A stretch of 64,000 nt of DNA from Centroscyllium fabricii (GCA_051313645.2 JBNRSN020000035.1:18848001-18912000), one strand, 5' to 3'; counted from the first letter of the stretch, positions 11,153-25,219 are shown. Translations and numbers: made by a program. The notes: a model not told the origin generated them from the sequence alone.

Positions 11153-12772
11153 GTAAGTGTAGCAGTATGGGAAGGGCAATTCTTTCTCTTTGGTGGCCTG
11201 TGGCTGTCTTAAAGGTGACTGTTGTTTAAAGCAGTTACTTGTGGTTGTCTGAGCTACAATTTTTTTAATTCAAATCTACTTCACTAGGGAAAGACTGGTT
11301 AATTCACATTTTTTAAGCAAAATGACTGAATTAATAGGAGTATTGTCTTCACCAGACCTGGCATTGTACCTGAGTGGATGAACAGCCTGGTTATTCACAT
11401 TGTGAAGCAGGCTGTTCATCCACTCAGTTTGACCCTAATGATTCTGGGGGTTTAACCTCAACTCCATCTGGGAGCCCATTCCAAGTATTGATCACTGTTT
11501 TGTGAAGAACGTCTTCCAGAGATTGGTCCTAAATTTATCTTTTCCTAATTTGAACATTTGCACCTTGTTCTACTCTCTCAATATAATCTAAAGTAATGAT
11601 CCAGATTTACTGTTTCTATTTACTATCTTTTATTCTACAAAGATCACTTCTCTGACACTTTCGAGGCTCAAGCCTTTCCCAACCTCCCCTTGTAACGCAG
11701 ATAGCTGGCAATTGAGATCAGTCTTGGTGGCTGTGCTAACTCCATGTGATACAGAAGTACATATGATGGATTCTATAGAATCTGTCCCTCTATTTACCCC
11801 ATTTGGCCCTGACTCAATTGAAGGCAAGAATGAAGAAAATGTCCTAAACTTACCTGGGTATGCTGTTGGAGATCTGTGTTTGATCCCTGTCTCTCATCCA
11901 GCTCATGTCCCCTGCAATAGATGTTTTGAGTTTGAGACAATCTGTCCTTACTTCAATTGCTGTACCGAGTGAGCTTCTGAAGGACTGAGAGAAATCTACT
12001 TTTCTGTTTCAAACAGCTGTTTAATGGCACTGTGCAACTAGCACATTGCAGTGCTGCATATTCAAACATGGCTGCTGGATATGTGGTTGGAAAAATGGAG
12101 GGAGTGAGAGAATAGTAGAACAGCAGCTGATGTTTTTTGAGGGGGGGTGGAATCGCTAGTTGGAGCTGATTACCGTGAGGTTAGAGCTTTTTACTTGGAG
12201 GTTCCAAGATGTAGATAATATGCACTTTTTCAGATTTTACTTTAAACCTGAGTAACTAGGCTTCCCTCATGCTCAATTCATCAAGGCGAGCCTCCTGAGC
12301 GATCCCTTCTGTGCTGAGTTAGGTCATTTCAGTTGGGATTCTTCAGAGCCCAGGGCTACGAAGGGGAAAGAACAGCTGAAGTTCTCTTTTCTCTTCGCCC
12401 CCCCCGGATTGCCGTATAGTGATCCCTGCCGAATGTGTGTGTGTGTGTCTATATTTGAAGATGGGATCTAGGTTAGCTGTGTCGAATAGCCTGTTGGTGG
12501 GTCTCTGTCTTGATTCACAAATGCTGCATCCTCAGTTGGTGGCTGATGACCATGGAGTCATACCCAGCAGGATTTGTATACCTTTAAAAAGGACCCTGGT
12601 AGGCATTACTGATAACTGCATAATGGTGCAAGGGTTTGTATTCTGGATTGGACATAAGGTGTGGTGCACCCATTCGACTTGTTTTGAAATGTGTGTATTT
12701 TCTTCTTGATGGCTGCAAAAGGAGAAACGTGGGACATTCAGATCAGATGTTGACACTGTAACTTGTTTATAG

Positions 12773-13060
<288 letters not shown>

Positions 13061-13229
13061 TGATTAATGTCATGGAAAACTGAGTAGCATGCATTGTGGA
13101 ATAGCATGCATTGTGGAAAGCTTTGGGAAGTGTATAAAATGGATGAATAAATTGGGGGTGAATAGTGCTTGCTGCCTGTCACATTCTGCTGTGGGTGATG
13201 TACACAGGCAGAGTATCAGTGTTGCTCAA

Positions 13230-15200
13230 ATCATAGAGGATACAACAAAGAGGGAGGCTATTCCACCCATCATGCCTGTGTTGGCTCTTTGGTAGAGCTA
13301 TCCAGTTAGTCCCACTTCTGCTCTCTCCCCATAGCACTAATTTTTTCCCCTTCTAGTATTCCTCCAATTCCTTTTTGAAAGTTATTATTGAATCTGCTTC
13401 TGCCCTTTCAAGCCGTGTGTTCCAAATTACAACTTGCGTAAATTCTTTTTTCTTCCTGTCGCCTCTGGTTCTTCTGCCAGCCATCTTAAATCTTTGTCCT
13501 CTGGTTACCAACCTTTTTGGCACTGGAAACAGTTTCTCCTTAATTACTCTCGTCAAACTGTTCATGATTTTGAACACCTATCAAATCTCCTCTTAACTTT
13601 CTCTAATGTAAGGAGAATAACTCCATTTTCTCCACATAACTTTGGGGTGGCACTGGTGCCTCACAGCACTGGAGACCCGGGTTCAAATCCAGCCTCGGGT
13701 ACTATCTGTGTGGAGTTTGCACATTCTCCCCGTGTCTGCGTGGGTTTCCTCCGGGTGCTCCGGTTTCCTCCCACAGTCCAAAGATGTGCGGGTTAGGTTG
13801 ATTGGCCAGGATAAATTGACCCTTAGTGTTAGGGGGGATTGAATATGTGGGGTTACGGGGATAGGGTGGGATATGTGTCGGTGCAGGCTCGATGGGCCGA
13901 AATGGCCTCTGTCTGCACTGTAGGGATTCTATGATTCTCTATGATAACTGAAGTCCTCAACCCTGGTACCATTCTAGTAAATCTCCTCTGCAACATCTCC
14001 AAGGCCTTGACGTCCTTCCCAAGGTGCGGTGCCCAGAATTGGCCACAATACTCCAACTGCGGTCTAACCAGTGGTTTCCAATGGTTTAGCATCACTTCCT
14101 TGCTTTTGGACTCTGCCTCTATTAATGAAGCTTTTTTAACAGCCTTCTCCACTTGTGTCCCCATCGAAGATTTGTGTACATACACCCCCAGCTCTCTTTC
14201 AATTTCAATTCAATTTTATTGTCATTGCAGAGTACTAGTACAATACAACGAGACGAAGACCCTTTAAAATTCTACCATACAGTTTATATTGCCTCTCCTC
14301 ATTCATTCTACCAAAATATATTACTTCACACTTCTCGGTTAAATTTCATCTGCTAGGTGTCTGCCCCTTTCACCTGTCTATGTTCTCCTGCAGTCTGTTG
14401 CTATCCTCCTCATTGTTTACTACATTTGAGTTTTGTGTCAGCTGCAAACTTTGAAATGATGGTCTGTCCACTATCAAAGAGCAGTGGTCCTAACACCGAC
14501 TCTGTATACTTGCCTCTATTCTGAGAAGCAACTGTTCACCAGTACTCTCTGCTTTCTGTCCCTTAGCCAATGTTGTATCCATGCTGCCTCTTCCTCTTTA
14601 ACCCTATGGGCTTTAATTGTGCTGACGAGCGAGCCTATTGTGTACAAGTCCTTTATCAAACACCTTTTTGAAAGTCCATATGCACAGCAACCGCACTGCC
14701 CTCATCAACCCTCTCTGTTCCTTCGTTGAGGAACTCCAAGTTAGTCAAACACAATTTGCCTTTAACAAATCCATGCTGACTTTCATTTATTGTCTGTTAA
14801 GTTTTCCCCACCACTAACGTTAGGCTGACTGGTTTTTTTGAACACGGGTGTAATATTTGTAATCCTCCAGTCCTCTGACACCTCCCTCCTATCCAAGGAG
14901 GATTGGAAGATTGTGACCAGTGCCTCTACAATTGTCACCCATACTTCCTTCAGCAACATAGGATGCATCCCATCATGACTGGGTGACTTTTCGACTTGAG
15001 TACTGCCAACTTTTAAGTATCTTCTATTTTTATCCTATCCAATATCGCTCCTTTACTGTGACATTCTCTTTAGTGAAGACAGATGCAAAGTACTCATTTA
15101 GTACCTCGGCCATGCCCTCTGCCTCCCTGAGAAGATCTCATTTGTGGTCCCGAATTGGCCTCACCTGCCTTTTGACGACCCTTTTACTATTTATATGTAA
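13230..15200 (-). mobile_element. Degenerate CR1 LINE fragment interrupted by an HE1 SINE
   Basis: LVRPQLEYCGQFWAPHL..QRRFTRMVPG, FKIMNSL..EKLFP and TIFQSSLD..EDWR motifs on the minus strand. Confidence 0.85.
13650..13943 (+). mobile_element. HE1-type V-SINE (5' truncated, short tail)
   Basis: B box GGTTCAAATCC and V-domain TGTGTGGAGTTTGCACATTCTCCCCGTGTCTGCGTGGGTTTCCTCCGGGTGCTCCGG; tail ending GGGATTCTATGATTCT. Confidence 0.9.
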
Positions 15201-15314
15201 TGTAGACCATCCAGCAGTAGTGTTACCAGACTGGCTTCTGTTCTCAACTGCCCCCAAATAATCATGTTTGAACTGAGCTTTCAAGGTTTTGGGGGCTGCA
15301 ACTAACAGCAGATC

Positions 15315-15868
15315 TCTCTGCTTCTTCACTGTACCAGTCTAAGACTCGACCATCCAGCAGTAGTGTTCCCAGACTCTCTGTGCTTCTTCACTGTACCAGT
15401 CTAGACGAGACCGTCCAGCAGTAGTGTTCCCAGACTCTCTGTGCTTCTTCACTGTACCAGTCTAGACGAGACCGTCCAGCAGTAGTACTGTACCAGTCTA
15501 GACTCGACCGTCCAGCAGTGGTGTTCCCAGACTCTCTGTGCTTCTTCACTGTACCAGTCTAGACGAGACCGTCCAGCAGTAGTACTGTACCAGTCTAGAC
15601 TCGACCGTCCAGCAGTGGTGTTCCCAGACTCTCTGTGCTTCTTCACTGTACCAGTCTAGACTAGACCGTCCAGCAGTAGTGTTCCCAGACTCTCTGCTTC
15701 TTCACTGTACCAGTCTAGACTCGACCATCCAGCAGTAGTGTTCCCAGACTCTCTGCTTCTTCACTGTACCAGTCTAGACTAGACCGTCCAGCAGTGGTGT
15801 TCCCAGACTCTCTGCTTCTTCATGTACCAGTCTAGACTCGACCGTCCAGCAGTGGTGTTCCCAGACTG
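15315..15868 (+). repeat. Minisatellite with mixed long (~60 bp) and short (~38 bp) units (CTTCTTCACTGTACCAGTCTAGAC..GACCGTCCAGCAGTAGTGTTCCCAGA)
   Basis: Direct tandem repetition, roughly ten units. Confidence 0.95.
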
Positions 15869-16877
15869 CCGTCTGTTCGTGCCCACACCCAAAACAAACA
15901 GGAACTACTGTCCCCAAAATGTGGAAGCGGGAAGCTGGCACCAGAGAGTATGATGAAGCTGAATCAGAAAACTGGAATTCTAGCAAGTGTGGGCTAAACA
16001 ATTTGCTCCAACTGTCCTTTTTTTTACTGATTTTAATGTGATGCTCTTAACTAGGAGACTTAAATTGGCCACAAATTTGAACCGTGGACTTTTAAAATGA
16101 TGGTTTTGAATAAATCCTGATGTATCAGCAACTCTGCTGCCCTGTTGGAAATATTTCTGTTCTCAGCAAATATTGCAGATGCGGCAGTGAGATATATATA
16201 TATATATATATATATCTATATCATGTAATCTTTGTGAAAAGCTTTATTTGAAGAGAGGGAAGAAAAGTGATGGGGATTTGAGACAATACCTCATGTGTTT
16301 TTGGCTTGAGGGGTGAGTGTGGTTTACCCTTTTAAGTATTCTGAGCTCCAATGCACAGAGCTACAAATAAAATTGAAATGACTCTGGTATAGTAGTGTTT
16401 ACCTAGAGTTAAGTGGGATGGTTGAGGCTGTTAAGTAAAGCATGGATGGTACCACCTGGTGCATACATTTCTATGGTGACCTGTTTTTCTTTTTCTTTCA
16501 CAGAATGGAAGACCATGACAACTTTACCATGTATGCCACATTTTATTCTTATTGACTGGTAGATTATGTGCAGAAGCAAAAGCTCTTTGAGCATTCGCTC
16601 TCTCAACTTGTGATCATTCTGTAATTGGGCTGCAGCTGCCATCACAAATGTAGACGTCTGAAATTATATGCACTACAATTTGTTTTCTAACCTGGTGTCT
16701 CCATAGTCTGCATGCTTAAACTTTATCTTAAAAGGAGAAGAAAAGGCTGGGCAACTATTTTCTGTACAAAATACTTCAGGAAAAATTATAACCACCATAT
16801 TAGCCCAATTTTAATGCTGTATTTTTAAACCACTTGTATTTATGTAGTGCCTGTTAATGTAGAAAAACTTCAATCAA

Positions 16878-17040
16878 CACCACTAAAACAGATTATCTGG
16901 TCATTGTCGCATTGCTGTTTGTGGGAGCTTGCTGTGTGCAAATTGGCTGCAACATTTCCTACATTACAACAGTGACTGCACTCAAAGTACTTCATTGTCC
17001 TGAGGTCGTGACCGGTGCTATTTCAATTCAAGTCTTTCTT
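16878..17040 (+). mobile_element. DeuSINE (SacSINE1/AmnSINE-like) Deu-domain fragment
   Basis: AAAACAGATTATCTGGTCATT...TTGCTGTTTGTGGGAGCTTGCTGTG..CAAATTGGCTGC...TTTCCTACATTACAACAGTGACT matches the recalled Deu-domain consensus. Confidence 0.7.
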
Positions 17041-17308
17041 TCACCATATTTCAGCACACTCTTGTCATCAATTTTCCTGGCTTGAGGAGATCCAGAGCAC
17101 CAATTTGTTTTATGCCAATGGAGCTGCCACAGGGCACCCACATAACCAGGGCAGAAATCTGAAATAGGAATTTGCTAGAAAACACTGGGGAAAAATGAGC
17201 ATTTCTCCCAACCTTGAAAAATATAGGTGCTGGGTTTTTCTTTTTAAGAATTTAAAAGAACTTAGTCGGGTTCACTTTCTCTTACTCACTTTCTTGCTCA
17301 TCTTCCAC

Positions 17309-17699
17309 CAGCACGATGGCACAGTGGTTAGCACTGTTGTCTCACAGCACTAGAGACCCGGGTTCAAATCCAGCCTCGGGTACTATCTGTGTGGAGTTTG
17401 CACATTCTCCCCGTGTCTGCGTGGGTTTCCTCCGGGTGCTCCGGTTTCCTCCCACAGTCCAAAGATGTGCGGGTTAGGTTGATTGGCCAGGATAAATTGA
17501 CCCTTAGTGTTAGGGGGATTGAATATGTGGGGTTACGGGGATAGGGTGGGATATGTGTCGGTGCAGGCTCGATAGGGATCGAGGGATATGGGGAGAGGGC
17601 AGGGGCGGGGTGCTGGGTTTGGATGATCAGCCATGATCTCATTGAATGGCGGAGCAGGCTCGAAGGGCCGACTCCTGCTCCTATCTTCTATGTTTCTAT
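17309..17699 (+). mobile_element. HE1-type V-SINE, near full length, with long CR1-derived tail
   Basis: A box TGGCACAGTGG, B box GGTTCAAATCC, V-domain; tail GATCAGCCATGATCTCATTGAATGGCGGAGCAGGCTCGAAGGGCC...TCTATGTTTCTAT. Confidence 0.92.
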
Positions 17700-18790
17700 C
17701 TCCTTTTTAACAAAGAAACTAAACCTTACAGTTTCTGAATCCTGCTAAAATCTCAAAGCCTTGTTTTGCAGTTGAATATTGTGGTGTTGTAAATTGAAAG
17801 CTCCCTGGTGCATGGGGATTACACTTTGGAGAACAGTACTTAGAAGTCTTTGTAGATTCTAGTGGCCGAGTTCAATTGGAAGGCTGGCGATTCCTCCAGA
17901 CAAAAACAAGGCAGCTGCTGTCTGGACGTTATCGTTGCTGGAAATCTGAAACCCCTTGTATTAATGGAGATGCATTGCCAAATATTTTGGTATCGAAGGC
18001 ATAGCCCTATAGGCCGAGATTGTTGTTGGGTTGTGGGCTTCCTGCCCATGCTAAACCTGTAATATTGCCCAGCACGCAAACTGGGTATTCTGGTTCTGTT
18101 GTGTGTCAGTCAGTAACTGCCTTAGTGGTTTAGAGACCCATGATGATGCATGTGCAGTTATAATGCTGGGTAGACCTTGTGTATATCGACAGCCTGGGCC
18201 ATGAGCCACTTCCTAGTATTTGCTGCTCAGTAAGCCGCTCGGAGCTACATTCAGAGGCTGTCTCACATTCTACCAGGATTTCCCCTCGTGGCATGGTTGA
18301 GAATAGATGACTTGGCCATGATTGGCTAAATCAAAGGCCAAGCACACGAGTTAATTGGGCTGGTCCCACTTTTATTTGCTGGCGTGGGTCTTTGTAGGTT
18401 AAGTCTTGCATGTGTATAGTTATAGTGTTCAAATTCTGAAATTATACCTTTAACTCCATATGTGTCTTCTGAGGTTTTAACTGCATCCAAGATATTTTGA
18501 GTAACATTCTCCCATTGAAAGCCTGTCACTGGCTGGGCAAGGGACAGGAAATGCAATGTTTTCACTCTCCTTGCCCTGGTGTAGTGAAGTGCCTTCTCTT
18601 TATTTTCCCCCTGAAGCCTGTAGGTACAAACTTTCATACCACTCTGCCAATGCGTTTTATGTTCTCTTGTAAATGGCACACAATATTTTGGAAGCAGGGC
18701 TATGTGGGAAAATCTTTGGGTGGGAGAGTATCAAATGCTGCTTTAAGGAATGGTCTAGAGGTGAAATGTTTTACTCCCTTCCCATAACAG

Positions 18791-18974
18791 GGAACAAAAG
18801 ACTACAGAACAGAATGCCAGCAGGACCCTACGGGGAGTGATGCGAGTTGGGCTGGTAGCCAAGGGCCTTCTTCTGAAGGGAGATCTTGACCTTGAACTTG
18901 TGCTGCTGTGCAGGGACAAGCCTACCAGGACACTGTTGACAAAGGTCAAAGATAATCTGGCTGTACAATTTGCG
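18791..18974 (+). CDS. ILF3: ILF3 exon (DZF)
   Basis: [45 protein letters not shown]...VQFA; AG/GT boundaries, phase 2 to 0. Confidence 0.96.
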
Positions 18975-19166
18975 GTAAGAACTTTTTTTCCTGGTCAACA
19001 TTTTAAATTTTGGGAGCCCATCTTGTATTACTGGACAAAACAAGCTTCAGACTGTGTGGTCAAATTTTGGGCTGTTGGAAGCAATTTGGGGACAAGGGTG
19101 GTGGTTCTAGCAGGTGGGACCTAAACTGATCCATTTGTCTTGGTTGTGCCACCAGTTACCTGAATA

Positions 19167-19471
19167 TAGGTTGAGCACCGTTAATCTGGCACGGTCGGGA
19201 CCAGGCCCGTGCCGGATTACTGAAAAGGCTGAACGAGTGAAGCTTTGGCGAGCGCATGCGTGGACCATTGAAAATGGCCGCCGCGAAAGGCCAGCGGCCA
19301 TTTTGAGTGGTCTGCGCATGCGCTTGCCGAAGCATCAATCGTTCGGGGAGGCCCGGGCACACGCAGCCAAGCGCGGCGGCCATTTTACGCATGCGCACAC
19401 CAGTCAGCTGGTTTCGTTCCGGATGACAAGTTGCCAGACTAACGGTGTCCGGATTAAGGGTGCTCAACCTG
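19167..19471. mobile_element. Tigger/pogo-like MITE D (same family as B, opposite orientation)
   Basis: TA|TAGGTTGAGCACCGTTAATC ... GATTAAGGGTGCTCAACCTG|TA; internal GCGCATGCG and AAAATGGCCGCC motifs. Confidence 0.88.
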
Positions 19472-19589
19472 TATAAGAAAGGCAACATCAGACTATTCTG
19501 CAACCAGTCTTTAATAGTTTGAGGTTATGGGAAGAGACAAAATGGGTGATGAGTCCTTAATGTTTTTTGTTTCTTTCATTATTATCTAG

Positions 19590-19737
19590 ACCATTACTGA
19601 GGAAAAGTATGAAATAAATCCTTCAATCGAAGATGCAGCCATTATTATAAAGAATGACAAAGAGGAGCCACTGACCTTGAAGATTAAGTTGACCTCCCCT
19701 CTGGTCCGAGAAGAACTTGAGAAGGAGGCTGCTGGAG
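19590..19737 (+). CDS. ILF3: ILF3 exon (DZF)
   Basis: TITEEKYEINPSIEDAAIIIKNDKEEPLTLKIKLTSPLVREELEKEAAG; TCTAG| acceptor, G|GTAGG donor. Confidence 0.95.
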
Positions 19738-22004
19738 GTAGGATGGGTTGTAGGTGGCAAACTCCAACCCGCAGTATACAATGTTTATTGGGCCTTCAAT
19801 ATAGCTTGTTCTTGGGTCATGTCTTTGAGGATAAAGCTGCACTATATTATAGTAAGATACGAGTGACTGCATGATCCTGTTCAGTGCAGTGTCTTTCCTT
19901 CTCTGGGGTCTGATGTTGAGTGCAATGTAGACAGCAAGGTCTCTTTAGTGGAGAACTGGTGTTTGAACACAAGTCAGTTTTAAACCTGGTTTCGAATCTA
20001 GCTTAGATAGAGGGGATGAAGGTCCCTTTTCTCTGAGGTCTGATTGTCCAATCTCCACAGTTCATTAATGCAGAAATACTAGTGCACAACTACCCTCCAC
20101 CCAAGAATGAATTGGCAGTACTACTGCTGTCAAATTTATTTTTGTCTGGAGTAGTTTTTCTCTGAAATAACAGCCAGACTGAGTAAATTTGGCCTATTAC
20201 ACTTTTTTGTGTTGTCATAAATAGACTGAGACTGTAATAAGATCATATTTTGGTACATTGGGGGCTAAAACTAGAACAATAATCTAGGGGGTGCTGTAAT
20301 CAACCCAAGCTCTCAAATGGCATTTTTAATGTATCCTATTTACATTTCTTGGTTAATGGTGGAGGGAAGCCTTGTCCCCAGATGAATCATTCTACCTGCA
20401 GTGAGATGCATTTTCCGTGCTCTTGTGCTGTCATTGCTCAACAGAATTGCATGAAGGGTATGTGCATTTCCCCTGAACTGTACTCTTTCGTCTGATCGCC
20501 CTCTTCAAAACCTGGCTCCATTGTCTGGTATGGAAAATCCACTCACCTGGATGGCAGTTATGGGTTTATATGTTTCACCATGGGCTTTGAAAATTCACTT
20601 TCTCCCGACTCCATTCTTCCATTGGGTCTGCAGATAGTAGGTGCTGCCCAGCAGTTACCTTGGGATTTGTTTGTGTATAAAGTTGTGTGTAGCTGGTTAC
20701 TGTTTGTGATATAATTGGACTTGGCTCCTCTAGACACTGGTGGTGGGGTTCGGGGGAGTTTTACATCTGTAGGGGGTGGTTACGTCCATAGGTGCAGACC
20801 CAAGTATGGAGCTGGGTTATATTGCTGAATTTTTTTTATTAGTGCCTTGAAATTGTGTAGTAACAGTACCTTTCCAGTAGCATAGTCTTGGATGAATAAC
20901 TCTCTCACTTTGAATGAATGTTAAATCTTCCAAGAGTGTTTTACTGGAGTGCCTAGCCTAGTTCTGCCATATTGGAGTATGTACCAACCATTCTATATTA
21001 TGGTATGGAAAATACCCATTTCCTATTGAGATGCACAATTTCCCATAGACATTGAGATTGTTATCTCTGACCTTTTATACCACCCCTTAAAATTGCATTG
21101 TCTGTTATGGTGTACCTCCATATGGCAGCTGAGGCAGCCATGGTCTGTAGTATACTGCAGCTTTACATCCTGGAACTGCTTGACATGTTATCTTTGCAAT
21201 TGTAGCCTTTTGATGGTCCAATACACAGTAAATGTTAATACTTTAAATCTAGCTGTAATAAAATGACTTGAGGCTTCTGAACAAATAGCCCAGAAGACTT
21301 AAAGCTAAGTTGAGAATTGTCCTTGATGATCGTGCATGTGTTCAAGTTGTTCAAAACCACTGGTTTATACGTGAGTAAGTTTGCATTGCAGCAAAAATGA
21401 CCATTTCTTCTTTGGCCTTTTTCGAATGTTGCTTAGCTTCTGAAAAAGACCACCTGATGCATGGCTGGCAGAGTTTTAGGTAATGTTTGGCTCTTCATGG
21501 CCTGATTGGATCCAACATTTTTATCCATTTTGAGCTGTTGAATTTGCAACATGTGTAGTGTAATCTTGACCCTGTGCGGAGTCCCAAGTCCGAGGCCGCA
21601 CCCAGTTGAGGTGGTCTTCAGTATTATCTGTGGCTATCCTGCCATTAATACTGTTTTCATCTCGGCGGCTGCTGATTAGGTATATTCAGATTCTTGGGCT
21701 ATTGTGTAACACTTGTTTCCAGGTGGCTGAAATAAAAGTGACGGCAAAGGTTAAGCAGCTTGATGGCAACTTAATGAGGACGAAATGAGTTTGGATGTCT
21801 GGAAATGCTCGACTATCTCTGGCTGGTAGCTCTCATTAGACCCGAACCCTTGTGTGACAAATTAGGGAGATTCAGCACACTTTGAATGATGGATGACAGG
21901 CTTCTGTTTTTAATATCTGATGTGACTGGTCGGAGAAGTGATGTGGAGGTGCCGGTGTTGGAGAAATGCACATCACTGTATTCAGAGGTATTCCGGGAAC
22001 TGGG

Positions 22005-22200
22005 TGGGTTAGACTCTGGTCTTTCACCTCCTGTGACCTGGATTCAAATCCAACCACATTTGATGGGATAAAATTCTCTCTGGCTTTACAATCTTTTGTG
22101 AAATGGCCTGGATAGTCTGGGCAACAGTTCTAGTAGGCATTAGAGCACAAACCTGGCACCAAATGGCAATCTCACTCCAAAGGCACTGACATGCCTCACC
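22005..22200 (+). mobile_element. Ancient LF-SINE-like fragment
   Basis: CTTTCACCTC..GACCTGGATTCAAATCCA...TGTGAAATG...CAGTTCTAGT...CACAAACCTGGCAC resembles the recalled LF-SINE consensus; highly diverged. Confidence 0.45.
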
Positions 22201-23889
22201 TTAAACACCTGTTTTTTAAAGGCATTATTCCTTTGTAAATAAACTCTTTCTAATTGCTTTGCATTCAAGCCTTTACCTTAATTTGATTTAAGGTTCAGTA
22301 TTTGGCACATGTAAATGGATTGGGGGCTTTCATTTGGGAGGAGTTCAGGAAGCCATCACATTAATTTGATAAATTTAGTTCAACTGTAGGAAAGGTTTTT
22401 AATGTCTCAAGTAGCTGAAGTTTCAACTGCACAGGGTGCATGGTTTATGTCCCAGGTAGCTTGTTTCCAGCTTACCAATTCATCGTAATGCTGTTCCGTA
22501 ACTTTTGTGAAGATGGTGGTTCAAGACGCGTTGTACAAAGCTTGTGTTATGGATGCCTGCCTAACTTTATCTGTAGAATTAGCAGGTTTTTAACTTTACT
22601 TTTAATAAACCTCTTCCATAGTTTAAAATCTACACCATGGTCTGATGGTGTTGTTCCACTTTCCAGATTCTAGAGAACTGGGGGCCTTGTATAATCCAAT
22701 AAGCTAAATAGAATAACACACCACTGTGTATCCTAGCATTGAAATCCGCTGTTGCAGCACAGATAGCTGAACTCGGCACAGGTCTGAGTTTGATCCTGGG
22801 TCTTTTCTGGTTTGTGTGACTCAGTCATTCACCAGTTAGCAGGCTGGTCTGTGACTTCAGCCAATTTGACCAAGTACTCGATCATCTGGCACTTGGCACA
22901 CCTCCAAAACCAGTGTTACTGAAGGACTTCATGTAACTACTGGGCAGCATGTAGGTTTTGTTGATGAGCATATGGGCTCCTTAGTCAGGAATATCCATGA
23001 CCAAGTGCCCTTATTTGAAACTCTGGTCAGTAATGGAGCCACCAGACCATCAGTTTTGCTGCAGTGCAGACGCCACCAAGTTTTGAATATGCAGTGGGGG
23101 ACTGAGAAATGTAATTGAGCGAATATCTCATTTGATGCTGAAGGCTTATGCACCAAATAGTTAGACCTGAGATAATGGTCTTAATCTGAACACCTAACTG
23201 CTTAAACACACAACTGCTTTGTACAGTCACTCTCTGTTTAACAGTTTCCCACTGTATATAACATTTTATATGGTGTTTTTGATCTTTTTGATATTGCCTG
23301 TGGATTTACTATTTGATCACGTCTACCAAGCCTTCTAGTTTGTCAATTCTTTTAGGGACGCTGGACCTTTGACCAACTGGACGCTCTCTGTCATGGGGGC
23401 CTGGGCAGTCGACCCTCGTGGGCAGAAGGGGTTTCCTCCGGACAGAGCCCCAAGCCTACTTGATAGCTTCCTTTGTCTGGTTCCTAGCTTAGTTCATTAA
23501 ACATATCTACACTTCATCGTGTTAGTTAATGTCTTATAACCTGTAGAATATTGTTCACCCGTCCCCCACACCACCACCACCACAGTACCATGAGTTTAGG
23601 GCTGTAGCTACCATATAGGACAGCATATTCAAGCGATTAAATGCTACAGGGATTAGTGTACATTCCTTTAGTGTCTATCTGCTCATTCAGTGTTCAGGTG
23701 TAGGCTAGTGTTCTGCTCCCATTTAGCTACAAGACAAAGTAGATGCAATAGAAATGTTGAGAGAGCGTTCACTGCAACTTGACTTTTGGTGGGGAGCCCT
23801 GTTTGCCCAATAGGATGCTGCCGCTCCCCGCCGCATGACAGAAACCCCTTGGTCAAACTGCCTGTCTTCTTATTCCACTCCATCAATAG

Positions 23890-23981
23890 AAACAGTAACG
23901 ATGAGTGAGCCTGCGGATGTATTGGACAGGCAGAAATGCCTAACCGCCTTGGCGTCCCTGCGACACGCCAAATGGTTCCAG
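23890..23981 (+). CDS. ILF3: ILF3 exon (DZF)
   Basis: [31 protein letters not shown]; phase 1 to 0. Confidence 0.96.
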
Positions 23982-24442
23982 GTTTGGATCTTGTTCTTAC
24001 ATTATTGTCTAAAGTAGAAAATGTTTTTATTAAAATTATTGATTCTCTTCAGTTTTTAATTACGTGTGTTGAAATGATTTTTGAAATCTTTTAATTTCTG
24101 TGCAACATTTAGCTTCTGTCACGGCACAGCTGCTAATAAGCACTTAAGTAAATGAGTGTAATCTTAGTAAGATGGCAGCTCTAGATATTGGGGCGGGGTT
24201 CAGGGATTAATATGTTGGTAAATACTTGTTTTGAGTATAATTGCATTGTTGCTGCTTTGTGTTAAGAGTAATTTTGCTCATTTTAAAATACTGGATTGAT
24301 ATGAATGTAGTTTTCATTTTAAATGTAAAGACTTTTACCCTTGACAAAGTAGCACTGCAGATTTGAAAGTTTTGCATTTTATGCTGAATTTATTTACAGG
24401 TCAGTAACTTGGACACTAACTTTCTGCTCCATGGTTTTATAG

Positions 24443-24601
<159 letters not shown>

Positions 24602-25004
24602 TGACCTGGGGGTGAAGTTTTCTTGAGCTAGACTCTGCAGTTTGTTGCTCTAGTAATTGATTTGTTTCCCTGTGTGATGACAATTCAACTATTGTCTCCT
24701 TTCCCTCTTTCTTTTCTCTCAACCCTCTGACCTGTTTCAGCGCTGTCTTGCATTATACCAGTTTGATTGGCTGGGGATTGAGTCTGGAACTTTTCTCGAT
24801 CTTGGTACCAGATCAGGTGTCATCTTCACTCACTATGCCATGGTAGTACTGGCATCCTGTCCTATTGAGTAATGAGCTGTTCTTGTGCTTTGCTTTGTGA
24901 AGAAATCCAGTTTGCATCCTCTTACTTGTGCAGGGACTGATTTGAGTATGCATAATTAACTTCACAGCAAAGGCCAGAAGTTAATCTTTTGTTTTTAATT
25001 TTAG

Positions 25005-25116
25005 CCTTTAGAGTTGATCTGTGAAAAGGCAATTGGAACTGCTAACCGGCCTTTGGGTGCAGGAGAGGCAATGCGAAGAGTCTTGGAGTGCCTGGCTTCG
25101 GCAATTCTAATGCTAG
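25005..25116 (+). CDS. ILF3: ILF3 exon (DZF)
   Basis: [37 protein letters not shown]; phase 0 to 1. Confidence 0.96.
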
Positions 25117-25219
25117 GTAGGTGGCTGCTACAGTTGATGCTTTTGCCAGACGTTCAGATAATTGAAATGTTTGTAAAAATAATTAAATCACTTCTGCTTT
25201 TAGTCTTTGTGCCACGGGG

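Noticed and set aside
15315-15868. CRISPR-like appearance of the tandem arrays (also 31485, 59083 and 63257)
   Set aside because: No unique spacers, no cas genes, and a eukaryotic intronic context.
17309-17380. tRNA genes at SINE heads
   Set aside because: A and B boxes run straight into the V-domain and a LINE-derived tail, so these are SINEs.
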